From contig JANJGN010000016.1 in assembly GCA_026770705.1 (NCBI GenBank), positions 97,092,001-97,156,000 of the forward strand: a DNA stretch of 64,000 bases, given 5' to 3'. The position numbers and the translations under genes were made by a program. The DNA is from Isurus oxyrinchus (Eukaryota). Positions 34,530 to 49,500 of the stretch are shown here, piece by piece (the first letter of the stretch is position 1; every line of letters starts with the position of its first letter). The notes under the pieces were generated by a model. The model saw only the letters and a program-made list of their open reading frames with translations, was not told where the DNA came from and made no database searches.

Positions 34530-37500
34530 ACGCATTGGCCTAGGTCTGGGTACGAGGGAGACGCAGTGTCCTGGGTCTGGGTACATGGGAGACACAGTGT
34601 CCTGGGTCTGGATACAAGGGAGATGCAGCGTCATGGGTCTGGGTACAGGGGAGATGCAGTTTTCTGGGTCTGGGTACAGAGGGGAAGCAGTGTCCTTAGT
34701 CTGGGTACAAGGGAGACGCAGTGTCCTGGCTCTTGGTATGAGGGAGATGCAGTGTCCTGTGTCTCGGAAAGGGGAGAAGCAGTGTCCTGGCGCTGGGTAC
34801 ATGGGAGACACAGTATCCTGGGTCTGGTTACAGGGGAGATGCAGTGTCCTGGGTCTGGGTACAGGGGCGACGCAGTGTCATGGGTCTGGATACAGGGAAG
34901 ACGCAGTGTCCTGCGTCTGGGAACAGGGAGATGACGTGTCCTGGGTCTGGTTATGAGGGAGATGCAGTGTCCTGGGTCTGGGTACAGGGGAGACGCAGTG
35001 TCCTGGGTCTGGTTACAGGGGAGATGCGTTCTCCTGGGACTGGGTAGAGCGCAGATGCAGTGTCCAGGATCTGGGTACAGGGGAGACGCAGTGTTCTGGG
35101 TTTGGGTACATGGGAGAAGCAGCGTCCTCAGTCTGGTTACGAGCAAGACGCAGTGTCCTGGCTCAGGGTACGAGGGAGATGCAGTGTTCTGGGTCTGGGT
35201 ACAGGGGAGAAGCAGTGTCCTGGGTCTGGGTATAGGGGAGATGCAGTGTCCTGGGTCTGGGTACAGGGGAAAAGCAGTCTCCTGGGTCTGGATACAGGGG
35301 CGTTGCAGTGTCCTGGGTCAGGATACGAGGGAGACGAAGTTTCCTGGGTCAGGATACCAGGGAGACTGAGTGTCCTGGGTCTGGGTATAGGGAGGATGCA
35401 GTGTCGTGCCTCTGGGAACAGGGGAGACGACGTGTCCTGGATCTGGTTATGAGGGAGACTCAGTGTCCTGGGTCAGGGTACGAGGAAGACGCAGTGCACT
35501 GGGTCTGTGTTCAGGGGAGATGCAGAGACCTGGGTCTGGGTACAGGGGAGACACAGTGACGTGGGACTGGTTACAAGGGAGACGCATTCTCCTGTGTCTG
35601 TGTAGAGCAGAGACGCAGTGTCCTGGGTCTGGATACGAGGGAGACCCAGCATCCTGGGTCTGGGTATGAGGGAGACGCAGTGTCCTGGGTCTGAGCACAT
35701 GGGAGACACTGTGTCCTGGGTCTGGGTACAGGGGAGACACAGTGTCCTGGGTCTGGATACAAGGGAGATGCAGTGTCCTGGGTCTGGGTACAGGGGAGAC
35801 GCAGTTTCCTGGGTCTGGGTACAGAGGGGAAGCAGTGTCCTTATTCTGGGTATAAGGGAGATGCAGTGTCCTGGCTCTTGGTATGAGGGAGATTTAGTGT
35901 CCTGAGTCTGGGTACAGGGGAGAAGCAGTGTTCTGGCTCTGGGTACGTGGGAGACACAGTATCCTGGGTCTGGTTACAGGGGCGAAGCAGTGTCCTGGGT
36001 CTGGTTGCAGGGGAGATGCAGTGTCCTGTGTCTGGTTACAGGGGCGACGCAGTGTCATGGTTCTGGGTACAGGGAAGACGCAGTGTCCTGCATCTGGGAA
36101 CAGGGAGATGACGTGTCCTGGGTCTGGTTATGAGGGAGATGCAGTGTCCTGGGTCTGGGTACAGGTGCAAAGCAGTGTCCTGGGTCTGGGTATAGGGGAG
36201 AAGCAGTGTCCTGGGTCTGGGTATAGGGGAGATGCAGTGTCCTGGGACTGGGTATAGGGGAGATGCAGTGTCCTGGGTCTGGGTACTGGGGAAAAGCAGT
36301 CTCCTGGGTCTGGATACAGGGGAGTCGCAGTGTCCAGGGTCAGGATACAAGGGAGACGGAGTGTCCTGGGTCTGGGTATAGGGAGGACGCAGTGTCCTGC
36401 CTCTGGGAACAGGGGAGACGATGTGTCCTGGATCTGGTTATGAGGGAGACGCAGTGTCCTGGGTCAGGGTACGAGGAAGACGCAGTGCACTGGGTCTGTG
36501 TACAGGGGAGATGCAGAGTCCTGGGTCTGGGTACAGGGGAGACACAGTGACGTGGGACTGGTTACAAGGGAGACGCATTCTCCTAGGTCTGTGTAGAGCG
36601 GAGACGCAGTGTCCTGAGTCTGGGTACAGGGGAGATGCAGTGTCCTGTGTCTGGGTACAGGGGAGATGCAATGTCCTGGTTCTGGGTACAGGGGAACGCA
36701 GTGTCCTGGGTCTGGGTAGAGAGTATACGCAGAGTTCTGCATCAGGGTACGAGGGAGACGCAGTGATCTGGGTCTGGGTTGGAGGGAGTCGCAGAGTCCT
36801 GGGTCTGGGTACGAGGGAGACGCAGTTTCCTGGGTCTAGGTACGAGGGTGACGCAGTGTCCTGGGACTGCGGATGAGTGAGACGCAGTGTCCTGTGTCGG
36901 GGTACGAGGGAGTCGCAGTTTCCTGGGTCTAGGTATGAGGGAGACGCAGTGTCCTCGGTCTGGGTACGAGAGAGATGCTGTGTGCCGGGTCTGGGTACAC
37001 GGGAGACGCAGTTTCCTGCGTCTCAGTACGGACCAGATGCGGTGTCCTGCGTCTGGGTACAGGGGAGAAGCAGTGTCCTGGGTCTGGTTACAGGTGAGAC
37101 GCAGTATCCTGAGTCTGGGTATGAACGACAGACAGTTTCCTGTGTCTGGTTATAGGGGAAATGCAGTTTCCGGAGTTTGGTACAGTGGGGAGGGATACGC
37201 TGTGTGCTGGGTTTGGGTACGAGGGAAACGCAGTGTCTTGGGTCTGTGTAAAGGGGACATGCAGTGTCCTGGGTCTGGATACAGGGGAGAAGCATTGTCC
37301 TGCTTCTCGGTAGAGGGGAAACACAGTGTCCTGGGTCTGGTTACGAGGGAGACGCAGTGTCCTGGGTCTGGGTACGGAGAAGACACAGTGTCCTTGTTCT
37401 GGGTACCGGGGAGACACAGTGTCCTGGGTTTGGGTACAAGGGAGACGCAGAGTCCTGTGTCTGGGTACAGGGGAGATGCAGTATCCGGGGTTTGGTACCG

Positions 37501-40500
37501 TGGGGACGCAGTGTCCTGGGATTGGGTACAGGGGGTATGCAGTGTCCCAGGCTGGGTACGAGGGAGATGCAGTGTCCTGAGTATGGGTAGAGGGTATATG
37601 CAGAGTCCTGCGTCCGGATACGAGGGAGACGCAGTGACCAGGGTCTGGGTTGGAGGGAGTCGCAGAGTCCTGTCTCTGGGTACAGGGGTGATGCAGTGTC
37701 TTGGGTATGGCTACAGGGGAGACGCAGAGTCCTGTGTCTGGGTACAGGGGCAACACATTTCCTGGGTCCGGGCACATGGGAGACGCAGTATCCTGGGTCA
37801 GGGTTCAGGGGTGACGCAGTGTCCTGGGTCAGGGTTCAGGGAAGACGCAGTGTCCTGGGTCTGGTTACGAGGGAGAGGCAGTGTCCTGGGTCTAATTACA
37901 GGGGAGACACAGTGTCCTGTGTCTGGGTACAAGGTAGATGCATTGTCTTGGATCTGGGTACAGGGGAGGTGCAGTGTCCTGTGTCTGGATACGACGGAGA
38001 CGCTGTGTCCTGGGTCTGGGTACAGGCGAGACGCAGTGTCTTGTGTCTGGGTACGAGGGAGTCACAAATTCCTGGGTCTGAGTACGAGGGAGAAGCTGTT
38101 TCCTGGTCTGGGTACCAGGGAGACGCAGTGTCCTGGGTCTGGGTACGAGGGAGATGCAGTGTCCTGGGTCAGGGTACGAGAGAGAAGCTGAGTGCTGAGT
38201 CTGGGTATGAGGTAAACGCAGTGACCTGTGTCTGTGTAAAGGGGAGATGCAGTGTACTGGGTCTGGTTATGGGGGAGACGCAGTGTCCTGGGTCTGCGTA
38301 CAGGGGAGACGCAGTGTCCTGAGTCTGGGTAGAGGGTATACGCAGAGTTCTGCATCCGTGTACGAGGGAGACGCAGTGTCCTGGGTCTGGGTTGGAGGGA
38401 GTCGCAAGGTCCTGGGTCTGGGGATGAGTGAGACGCATGGTCCTTTGTCTGGGTACGAGGGTGATGCAGTGTCCTGGGTCTGGGTACGAGGTAAATTCAG
38501 TGTCCTGGGTCTGTGTAAAGGGGAGGTGCAGTGTCCTGTGTCTGGATACGATGGAGACGCTGTGTCCTGGGCCTGGGTACAGGGAAGACGCAGGGTCCTG
38601 AGTCTGGGTAGAGGGTATACGCAGAGTCCTGCGTCCGGGTACAAGGGAGACGCAGTGACCTGGGTCTGGGTTGGAGGGAGTCGCAGTGTCCTGGGTCTGG
38701 GTACGACGGAGAAGCTGTTTCCTGGGTCTGGGTACGAATGAGAAGCTGTTTCCTGGGTCTGGGTATGAGGGAGATGCAGTGTTTTGGGTCTGGGTACGAG
38801 AGAGAATCTGTGTGCTGGGTCTGGGTATGAGGTAAATGCATTGTCTTGGGCCTGACTACATGGGAGACGCAGAGTCCTGTGTCTGGGTACAGGGGAGACA
38901 CATTTCCTGGGTCCGGGCACATGGGAGACGCAGTGTCCTGGGTCTGGTTACAGGGGAGAGCCATTGTGTTGGGTCTGGGTACAGGGGAAACGCAGTGTCC
39001 TGGGTCTGGGTATGAGGTAGACGCAGTGTCCTGGGTCTGGGTACGAGGGAGATGCAGTGTCCTGGGTCGGGGTACGAGGGAGACGCAGTGTCCTGGGCCT
39101 GGGTACAGGGGAGACGCAGTGTCCTGGTTCTGGCTATCAGGGAGATGCAGTGTCCTAGTTCTGGTTTACAGGGGAGATGCAGTATCCTGATTCTGGGTAC
39201 AGGGTAGACGCAGTGTCCTGATTCTGGGTACAGGGGAAACGCCGTGTCGTGAGCCTGGATACAGGGGAGACGCAGTGTCCTGGGTCTGTGTATGAGGGAG
39301 ACGCAGTATCCTGGATCTGGGTACAGGGTTGATGCAGTGTCCTGCATCTGGGTACGAGGGAGACGAAGTGTCCTGGGCTTTGGTACAGGGAACACGGAGT
39401 GTCCTGGGTCTGGTTACAGAGAAGATGCAGAGTCCTGGGTCTGGGTACAGGTGAGATGCAGTTTCCTGGGTCTGGTTACAGGGGAAAAGCAGTGTCCTCG
39501 GTCTGGGTACGACGGAGAAGCTGTTTCCTGGGTCTGGGTACGAATGAGAAGCTGTTTCCTGGGTCTGGGTATGAGGGAGATGCAGTGTTTTGGGTCTGGG
39601 TACGAAGGAAACGCATTGTCCTGGGCCTGGTTACAGGGGAGACATTTTGTCCTGGGTCTGGGTATCAGGGAGACGCAGTGTCCTGGTTGTATTTACAGGG
39701 GAGATGCAGTGTCTTGGACCTGGATACGAGTGAGACGCAGTTTCCTTGGTCTGGGTACTAGGGATACGCAGTGTCCTGTGTCTGGGTATGAGTGAGACAC
39801 AGTTTCCTTGGTCTGGGTACGAGGGTGACACTGTGCTGGGTCGGGGTACGAGGGAGACACAGTTTCCTGGGTCTAGGTTCGAGGGAGACGCAGTGTTCCG
39901 AGGGTGGGTACGAGAGAGACGCTGTGTTCTGGGTCTGGATACCAGGGAGACGCAGTATCCTGGGTCTGGGTACGCGGGAGACGCATGTTCTGGGTCTGGG
40001 TACAAGGGAGATGCAGTTTCCTGGGTCTAGGTACGTGGGAGACGCAGTGTCCTGGGTCTGGGTACGAGAGAGAAACTGTGTGCTGGGTCTGGGTACGAAG
40101 GAGAAGCAGTGTCCTTCGTCGGGGTATGAGGGAGAAGCTGTGTGCTGGGTCTGGGTATGAGGTAAACGCAGTGTCCAGGGTCTGTGTAAAGGGGAGATGC
40201 AGTGTCCTGGGTCTGGGTACAGGGGAGACGCAGTGTCCTGAGTTTGGGTAGAGGGTATACGCAGAGTCCTGCGTCCGGGTACAAGGGAGACGCAGTGACC
40301 AGGGTCTGGGTTGGAGGGAGTCGCAGTGTCCTGGGTCTGGGTACGAGAGAGAGGCTGTGTGCTGGGTCTGGGTATGAGGGAGACGCAGTGTCCTGGGTCT
40401 GGGTACAGAGGAGACACAGTGTCCTGGTTCTGGGTACCGGTGAGACACAGTGTCCTAGGTTTGGGTACAAGGGAGACGCAGAGTCCTGTGTCTGGGTACA

Positions 40501-43500
40501 GGGGAGATGCAGTATCCAGGGTTTGGTACCGTGGGGATGCAGTGTCCTGGGTTTGGGTACAGGGGGTATGCAGTGTCCAAGGTTGGGTACGAGAGAGATG
40601 CAGTGTCCTGAGTCTGGGTAGAGTGTATATGCAGAGTCCTGCATCCGGGTACGAGGGAGACGCAGTGACCAGGGTCTGGGTTGGAGGGAGTCGCAGAGTC
40701 CTGGCTCTGGGTACAGGGGTGATGCAGTGTCCTCTGTCTGGGTACGGGGGTAGACGCAGTGTCCTCGGTCTGGGTATGAGGGAGACGCAGAGTCCGGGTT
40801 CTGGTTACAGGGGAGACGCATTGTCTTGGGTCTGGGTACAGGGGAGACGCAGTCTCCTGTGTTTGGGTACAGGGGAGACGCAGTGTCCTGGGTCTGGGTA
40901 CAGGGGAGAGACATTGTCTTGGGTCTGGGTACAGGGGAAACACAGTGTCCTGGGTCTGGGTACGAGGGAGACACACTGTCCTGGGTATGGGTACGAGGGT
41001 GACGCAGTGTATTGGGTCTGGGTATGACGGAGATGCATTGTCCTGGGCCTGAGTTCAGGGGTGACGCCATGTCCTGGTTCTGGCTATCAGGGAGACACAG
41101 TGTCCTGATTCTGGGTACAAGGGAGACGCAGCACACTGATTCCTGGTACAGTGTCCTGGGTCTCGGTACGGACCAGACGCGGTGTCCTGCATCTGGGTAC
41201 AGGGGAGAAGCAGTGTCCCGGGTCTGGTTACAGGGGAGACACAGTATCCTGGGTCTGGGTATGAGGGAGAGGCAGTTTCCTGTGTCTGGTTACAGGGGAG
41301 ACGCAGTATCTGTGGTTTGGTACAGAGGGGATGCAGTGACCTGGGTCTGGGTTGGAGGGAGTCGCAGAGACCTGGGTCTGGGGATGAGTGAGACGCAGTG
41401 TCCTGGGTCTGGGGATGAGTGAGACGCAGTGTCCTGGGTCGGGGTATGAGGGAGAAGCTGTGTGCTGGGTCTGGGTATGAGGTAAACGCAGTGTCCTGGG
41501 TCTGTGTAAAGGGGAGATGCAGTGTCCTGGATCTGGTTACGAGGGAGAGGCAGTGTCCTGGGTCTAATTACAGGGGAGACACAGTGTCCTGTGTCTGGGT
41601 ACAAGGTAGACGCATTGTCTTGGTTCTGGGTACGGGGGAGCTGCAGTGCCCTGTGTCTGGATACGACGGAGACGCTGTGTCCTGGGTCTGGGCACAGGCG
41701 AGACGCAGTGTCTTGTGTCTGGGTACGAGGGAGACACAAAGTCCTGGGTCTGAGTACGAGGGAGAAGCTGTTTCCTGGGTCTGGGTACGAGGGAGACGCA
41801 GTGTTTTGGGTCTGGGTATGACGGAGATGCATTCTCCTGGGCCTGGTTACAGGGGAGACACTTTGCCTGGGTCTAGGTATCAGGGAGACGCAGTGTCCTG
41901 GTTCTATTTACAGGGGAGACGCAGTGTCCTGGGCCTGGATATGAGGGAAACGCAATTTCCTTGGTCTGTGCACTAGCGATACGCAGTATCCTGTGTCTGG
42001 GTATGAGCGAGACACAGTTTCCTTGGTCTGGGTACTAGCGATACGCAGTGTCCTGTGTCTGGGTATGAGCGAGACACAGTTTCCTTGGTCTGGGTACGAG
42101 GGAGACGCAGTGTCCTGGGTCTGGGTTGGAGGGAGTCACAGAGTTCTGGGTCTGAGAATGAGTGAGACGCATGGTCCTGTGTCTGGGTATGAGGGTGACG
42201 CAGTGTCCTGGTCGGGGTACGAGAGAAACGCTGTGCGCTTGGTCTGGGTACCAGGGAGACGCAGTGTCCTGGGTCTGGGTACGAGGGAGATGCAGTGTCC
42301 TGGGTCAGGGTACGAGAGAGAAGCTGTGTGCTGAGTCTGGGTACGAGGTAAACGCAGTGCCCTGTGTCTGTGTAAAGGGGAGATGCAGTGTGCTGGGTCT
42401 GGTTATGGGGGAGACACAGTGTCCTGGATCTGGGTACAGGGGAGACACAGTGTCCTGAGCCTGGGTAGAGGGTATACGCAGAGTTCTGCATCCATGTACG
42501 AGGGAGACGCAGTGTCCTGGGTCTGGGTTGGAGGGAGTCGCAGGGTCCTGGGTCTGGGGATGAGTGAGACGCATGGTCCTTTGTCTGGGTACGAGGGTGA
42601 TGCAGTGTCCTGGGTCTGGGTACGAGGTAAACTCAGTGTCCTGGGTCTGTGTAAAGGGGAGGTGCAGCGTCCTGTGTCTGGATACGATGGAGACGCAGTG
42701 TCCTGGGCCTGGGTACAGGGGAGACGCAGTGTCCTGGTTCTGGCTATCAGGGAGATGCAGTGTCCTAGTTCTGGTTTACAGGGGAGATGAAGTATCCTGA
42801 TTCTAGGTACAGGGTAGACGCAGTGTCCTGATTCTGGGTACAGGGGAAACGCCGTGTCGTGAGCCTGGATACAGGGGAGACGCAGTGTCCTGGGTCTGTG
42901 TATGAGGGAGACGCAGTATCCTGGGTCTGGGTGCAGGGTTGATGCAGTGTCCTGCATCTGGGTACGAGGGAGAAGCAGTGTCCTGGGCTTTGGTACAGGG
43001 AACACGGAGTGTCCTGGGTCTGGTTACAGAGAAGATGCAGAGTCCTGGGTCTGGGTACAGGTGAGATGCAGTTTCCTGGGTCTGGTTACAGGGGAAACGC
43101 AGTGTCCTCGGTCTGGGTACGACGGAGAAGCTGTTTCCTGGGTCTGGGTACGAATGAGAAGCTGTTTCCTGGGTCTGGGTATGAGGGAGATGCAGTGTTT
43201 TGGGTCTGGGTACGACGGAGACGCATTGTCCTGGGCCTGGTTACAGGGGAGACATTTTGTCCTGGGTTTGGGTATCAGGGAGACGCAGTGTCCTGGTTGT
43301 ATTTACAGGGGAGATGCAGTGTCCTGGACCTGGATACGAGTGAAACGCAGTTTCCTTGGTCTGGGTACTAGGGATACGCAGTGTCCTGTGTCTGGGTATG
43401 AGTGAGACACAGTTTCCTTGGTCTGGGTACGAGGGTGACACTGTGCTGGGTCGGGGTACGAGGGAGACGCAGTTTCCTGGGTCTAGGTTCGAGGGAGACG

Positions 43501-46500
43501 CAGTGTTCCGAGGGTGGGTACGAGAGAGATGCTGTGTGCTGGGTCTGGATACCAGGGAGACGCAGTATCCTGGGTCTGGGTACTCGGGTGACGCAGTGTC
43601 CTGGGTCGGGGTACAAGGGAGACGCAGTGTCCTGGGTCTGGGTATGAGAGAGAAGCTGTGTGCTGGGTCTGGGTACAAAGGAGACGCAGTGTCCTGGGTC
43701 GGGGTATGAGGGAGAAGCTGTGTGCTGGGTCTGGGTATGAGGTAAACGCAGTGTCCAGGGTCTGTGTAAAGGAGAGATGCAGTGTCCTGGGTCTGAGTAC
43801 AGGGGAGACGCAGTGTCCTGAGTTTGGGTAGAGGGTATACGCAGAGTCCTGCGTCCGGGTACAAGGGAGATGCAGTGACCAGGGTCTGGGTTGGAGGGAT
43901 CCCAGTGTCCTGGGTCTGGGTACGAGAGAGAGGCTGTGTGCTGGATCTGAGTATAAGGGAGACGCAGTGTCCTGGGTCTGGGTACAGAGCAGACACAGTG
44001 TCCTGGTTCTGGGTACAATGGAGACGCAATCTCCTGGGTCTGGGTACAAGGGAGATGCAGAGTCCTGTGTCTGGGTACAGGGGAGATGCAGTGTCCTGGG
44101 TCTGGGTATGGGGTGATGAAGTGTCCTGGGTCTTGGTACGAGGGACACGCAATGTCCTGGGTATGGGTGCAGGGGAGATGCAGTGTCCTGGGTCTGGTTA
44201 CGAGGGAGATGCAGCATCCAGGGTCTGGGCATAGGGGAGGCGCAGTGTCCTGGGTCTGGGTACACTGGGAATGCAGTGTCCTGAGTCTGGATACAAGTGA
44301 GACGCTGTGTCCTGGTTCTAGGTACGATGGAAAAGCTGTGTTCTAGGTCTTGGTACAGGGGAGGCGCAGTGTCCTGGGTCTGGGTACGAGGGAGATGCAG
44401 TATCTTTGGCATTCTTACGAGGGAAACGCAATGTCCAGTGTCTGTGTATGAGGGAAATGTAGTGTCCTGGGTCTGGGTACAGGGGAGTGCCATTGTCTTG
44501 GGTCTGGGTACAGGAGAAACGCAGTGTTCTGGGTCTGGGTAGAGGGTATATGCAGAGTCCTGCATCCGGGTATGAGGGAGACGCAGTGATCTGGGTCTGG
44601 GTTGGAGGGAGTAGCAGAGTCCTGGGTCTGGGTACGAGGGAGACGCAATTTCCTGGGTCTAGGTACGAGGGTGACCCAGTGCCCTGGGACTGTGTATGAG
44701 GGAGGCGCAGTGTCCTAGGTCTGGGTACGAGGTTGACGCAGTGGCCTGTGTCAGGGTACGAGGGAGTCGCAGTTTCCTGGGTCTAGGTATGAGGGAGACG
44801 CAGTGTCCTCGGTCTGGGTACGAGAGAGATGCTGTGTGCCGGGTCTGGGTACGCGGGAGACGCAGTTTCCTGCATCTCAGTACGGACCAGATGCGGTGTC
44901 CTGCGTCTGGGTACAGGGGAGAAGCAGTGTCCTGGGTCTGGTTACAGGTGAGATGCAGTATCCTGGGTCTGTGTATGAACGACAGGCAGTTTCCTGGGTC
45001 TGGTTACAGGGGAAACGCAGTTTCCGGAGTTTGGTACAGTGGGGAGGGATACGCTGTGTGCTGGGTTTGGGTACGAGGGAAACGCAGTGTCTTGGGTCTG
45101 TGTAAAGGGGACATGCAGTGTCCTGGGTCTGGGTGCAGGGGAGAAGCATTGTCCTGCTTCTCGGTAGAGGGGAGACACAGTGTCCTGGGTCTGGTTACGA
45201 GGGAGACGCAGTGTCCTGGGTCTGGGTACAGAGGAGACACAGTATCCTTGTTCTGGGTACCGGTGAGACACAGTGTCCTGGGTTTGGGTACAAGGGAGAC
45301 ACAGAGTCCTGTGTCTGGGTACAGGGGAGATGCAGTATCCGGGGTTTGGTACCGTGGGGACGCAGTGTCCTGGGTTTGGGTACAGGGGGTATGCAGTGTC
45401 CAAGGTTGGGTACGAGAGAGATGTAGTGTCCTGAGTCTGGGTAGAGGGTATATGCAGAGTCCTGCGTCCGGGTACGAGGGAGACGCAGTGACCAGGGTCT
45501 GGGTTGGAGGGAGTCGCAGAGTCCTGGCTCTGGGTACAGGGGTGATGCAGTGTCCTCTGTCTGGGTACGGGGTAGACGCAGTGTCCTCGGTCTGGGTATG
45601 AGGGAGACGCAGAGTCCGGGTTCTGGTTACAGGGGAGACGCATTGTCTTGGGTCTGGGTACAGGGGAGACGCAGTATCCTGTGTCTGGGTACAGGGGAGA
45701 CGCAGTGTCCTGGGTCTGGGTACAGGGGAGAGACATTGTCTTGGGTCTGGGTACAGGGGAAACACAGTGTCCTGGGTCTGGGTACGAGGGAGACACACTG
45801 TCCTGGGTCTGGGTATGAGGTAGATGCAGTGTCCAGGGTCTGGGCACGAGGGAGTCGCCGTGTCCTGGGTATGGGTACGAGGGTGACGCAGTGTATTGGG
45901 TCTGGGTATGACGGAGATGCATTGTCCTGGGCCTGAGTTCAGGGGTGACGCCATGTCCTGGTTCTGGCTATCAGGGAGACACAGTGTCCTGATTCTGGGA
46001 ACGAGGGAGACGCAGCGCACTGATTCCTGGTACAGGGGAGACACAGTGTCCTGGGTCTCGGTACGGACCAGATGTGGTGTCCTGCATCTGGGTACAGGGG
46101 AGAAGCAGTGTCCCGGGTCTGGTTACAGGCGAGACGCAGTATCCTGGGTCTGGGTATGAGGGAGAGGCAGTTTCCTGTGTCTGGTTACAGGGGAGACGCA
46201 GTATCTGTGGTTTGGTACAGAGGGGATGCAGTGACCTGGGTCTGGGTTGGAGGGAGTCGCAGAGTCCTGGGTCTGGGGATGAGTGAGACGCAGTGTCCTG
46301 GGTCTGGGGATGAGTGAGACGCAGTGTCCTGGGTCAGGGTATGAGGGTGAAGCTGTGTGCTGGGTCTGGGTATGAGGTAAACGCAGTGTCCTGGGTCTGT
46401 GTAAAGGGGAGATGCAGTGTCCTGGGTCCGGTTCTGTGGGAGACGCAGTGTCCTGGTTCTGGTTACAAGGGAGACCCAGTGTCCTGGATCTGGGTACAGG

Positions 46501-49500
46501 GGAGATCCATTGTCTTTGGTCTGGGTATAGGGGAAACGCAGTGTCCGGGGTCTGGGTACGAGGGAGACACACTCTCCTGGGTCTGGTTATGAGGTAGACA
46601 CAGTGTCCTGGGTCGGGGTACGAGGGAGATGCAGCGTCCTGGGTATGGGTATGAGGGTGACGCAGTGTTTTGGGTCTGAATATGACGGAGTCGTGTTGTC
46701 CTTGGTCTGGATACAGGGGAGATGCAGTGTCCTGGTTCTGGCTATCAGGGAGATGCCTTGTCCTGGTTCTGGTTTGCAGGGGAGACGCAGTGTCCTGATT
46801 CTGGGTACAGGGGAGATGCAGTGTCCTGATTCTGGATAAAGGGGAGACGCAGTGTCATGGGGCTGGATACAGGGGTGACGCAGTGTCCTGGGTCTGTGTA
46901 TGAGGGAGATGTAGTGTCCTGGGTCTGGTTACAGGGGAGACACAGTTTCCTGGGTCTGGGTACAAGGGAGACACAGTGTCCTGGGTCTGGGTACAGGGTT
47001 GATGCAGTGTCCTGCTTCTGGGTACGAGGGAGACGCAGTGTCCTGGGTTTTGGTACAGGGGACACGGAGTGTTCTGGATCTGGTTACAGGGAAGACGCAG
47101 TGTCCTGGGTCTGGGTACAGGGGAGATGCAGTTTCCTGGGTCTGGTTACAGGGAAGAGGCAGTGTCCTAGGTCTGGGTACTGGGGAGACGCACTGTCCTG
47201 GGTCTGGGTACAGGGGAGACGCAGGGTCCTGGGTCTGGATACGGGGGAGATGCAGTGTCCTGGGTCAGGGTTCAGGGGTGACGCAGTGTCCTGGGTCAGG
47301 GTTCAGGGGAGACGCAGTGTCCTGGGTCTGGTTACGAGGGAGAGGCAGTGTCCTGGGTCTAATTACAGGGGAGACACAGTGTCCTGTGTCTGGGTACAAG
47401 GTAGAAGCATTGTCTTGGTTCTGGGTACAGGGGAGGTGCAGTGTCCTGTGTCTGGATACGACGGAGACGCTGTGTCCTGCGTCTGGGTACAGGCGAGACG
47501 CAGTGTCTTGGGTCTGGGTACGAGGGAGACACACTGTCCTGGGTCTGAGTACGAGGGAGAAGCTATTTCCTGGGTATGGGTGCCAGGAAGACGCAGTGTT
47601 TTGGGTCTGGGTATAACAGAGATGCATTGTCCTGGGCCTGGTTACAGGGGAGACACTTTGTCCTGGGTCTGGGTATCAGGGAGACGCAGTGTCCTGGTTC
47701 TATTTACAGGGGAGACACAGTTTCCTGGGCCTGGATACGAGGGAGACGCAATTTCCTTGGTCTGTGCACTAGCGATACGCAGTGTCCTGTGTCCGGGTAT
47801 GAGCGAGACACAGTTTTCTTGGTCGGGGTACGAGGGAGATGCAGTGTCCTGGGTCTGGGTTGCAGGGAGTCGCAGAGTCCTGGGTCTGGGAATGAGTGAG
47901 ACACATGTTCCTGTGTCTGGGTATGAGGGTGACACAGTGTCCTGGTCAGGGTACGAGAGAAACTCTGTGTGCTTGGTCTGGGTACCAGGGAGACGCAGTG
48001 TCCTGGATCTGGGTACGAGGGAGATGCAGTTTCCTGGGTCAGGGTACGAGAGAGAAGCTGTGTGCTGGGTCTGGGTATGAGGGAAACGCAGTGACCTGTG
48101 TCTGTGTAGAGGGGAGATGCAGTGTGCTGGGTCTGGTTATGGGGGAGATGCAGTGTCCTGGGTCTGGGTACAGAGGAGACGCAGTGTCCTGGGTCTGGGT
48201 TGGAGGGAATCGCAGGGTCCTGGGTCTGGGGATGAGTGAGACGCATGGTCCTTTGTCTGGATACGGGGGTGATGCAGTGTCCTGGGTCTGGGTACGAGGT
48301 AAACTCAGTGTCCTGGGTCTGTGTAAAGGGTAGATGCAGTGTGCTGGGTCTGGTTATGGGGGAGACGCAGTGTCCTGGGTCTGGGTACAGGGAAGACGCA
48401 GGGTCCTGAGTCTGGGTAGAGGGTATACGCAGAGTCCTGCGTCCGGGTACAAGGGAGACGCAGTGACCTGAGTCTGGGTTGGAGGGAGTCGCAGTGTCCT
48501 GGGTCTGGGTACAGGGGAGAGCCATTGTCTTGGGTCTGGGTACAGGGGAAACGCAGTGTCCTGGGTCGGGGTACGAGGGAGACCCAGTGTCCTGGGCATG
48601 GGTACGAGGGTGACGCAGTGTTTTGGGTCTGGGTATGATGGAGACGCGTTGTGCTGGGCCTGGGTACAGGGGAGACGCAGTGTCCTGGTTCTGGCTATCA
48701 GGGAGATGCAGTGTCCTAGTTCTGGTTTACAGGGGAGATGCAGTGTCCTGATTCTGGGTACAGGGGAAATGCCATGTCGTGAGCCTGGATACAGGGGAGA
48801 CGCAGTGTCCTGGGTCTGTGTATGAGGGAGACGCAGTGTCCTGGGTCTGTGTATGAGGGAGACGCAGTGTCCTGGGTCTGGGTACAGGGTTGATGCAGTG
48901 TCCTGCATCTGGGTACGAGGGAGACGCAGTGTCCTGGGCTTTGGTACAGGGAACACGGAGTGTCCTGGGTTTGGTTACAGAGAAGATGCAGAGTCCTGGG
49001 ACTGGGTACAGGTGAGATGCAGTTTCCTGGGTCTGGTTACAGGGGAAACGCAGTGTCCTCGGTCTGGGTACGATGGAGAAGCTGTTTCCTGGGTCTGCGT
49101 ACGAGGGAGAAGCTGTTTCCTGGGTCTGGGTATGAGGGAGATGCAGTGTTTTGGGTCTGGGTACGACGGAGACGCTTTGTCCTGGGCCTGGTTACAGGGG
49201 AGACATTTTGTCCAGGATCTGTTTATCAGGGAGACGCAGTGTCCTGGTTGTATTTACAGGGGAGATGCAGTGTCCTGGACCTGGATACGAGTGAAACGCA
49301 GTTTCCTTGGTCTGGGTACTAGGGATACGCAGTGTCCTGTGTCTGGGTATGAGCGAGACGCAGTTTCCTTGGTCTGGGTACGAGGGTGACACTGTCCTGG
49401 GTCGGGGTACGAGGGAGACGCAGTTTCCTGGGTCTCGGTTCGAGGGAGACGCAGTGTTCCGAGGGTGGGTACAAGAGAGACGCTGTGTGCTGGGTCTGGA

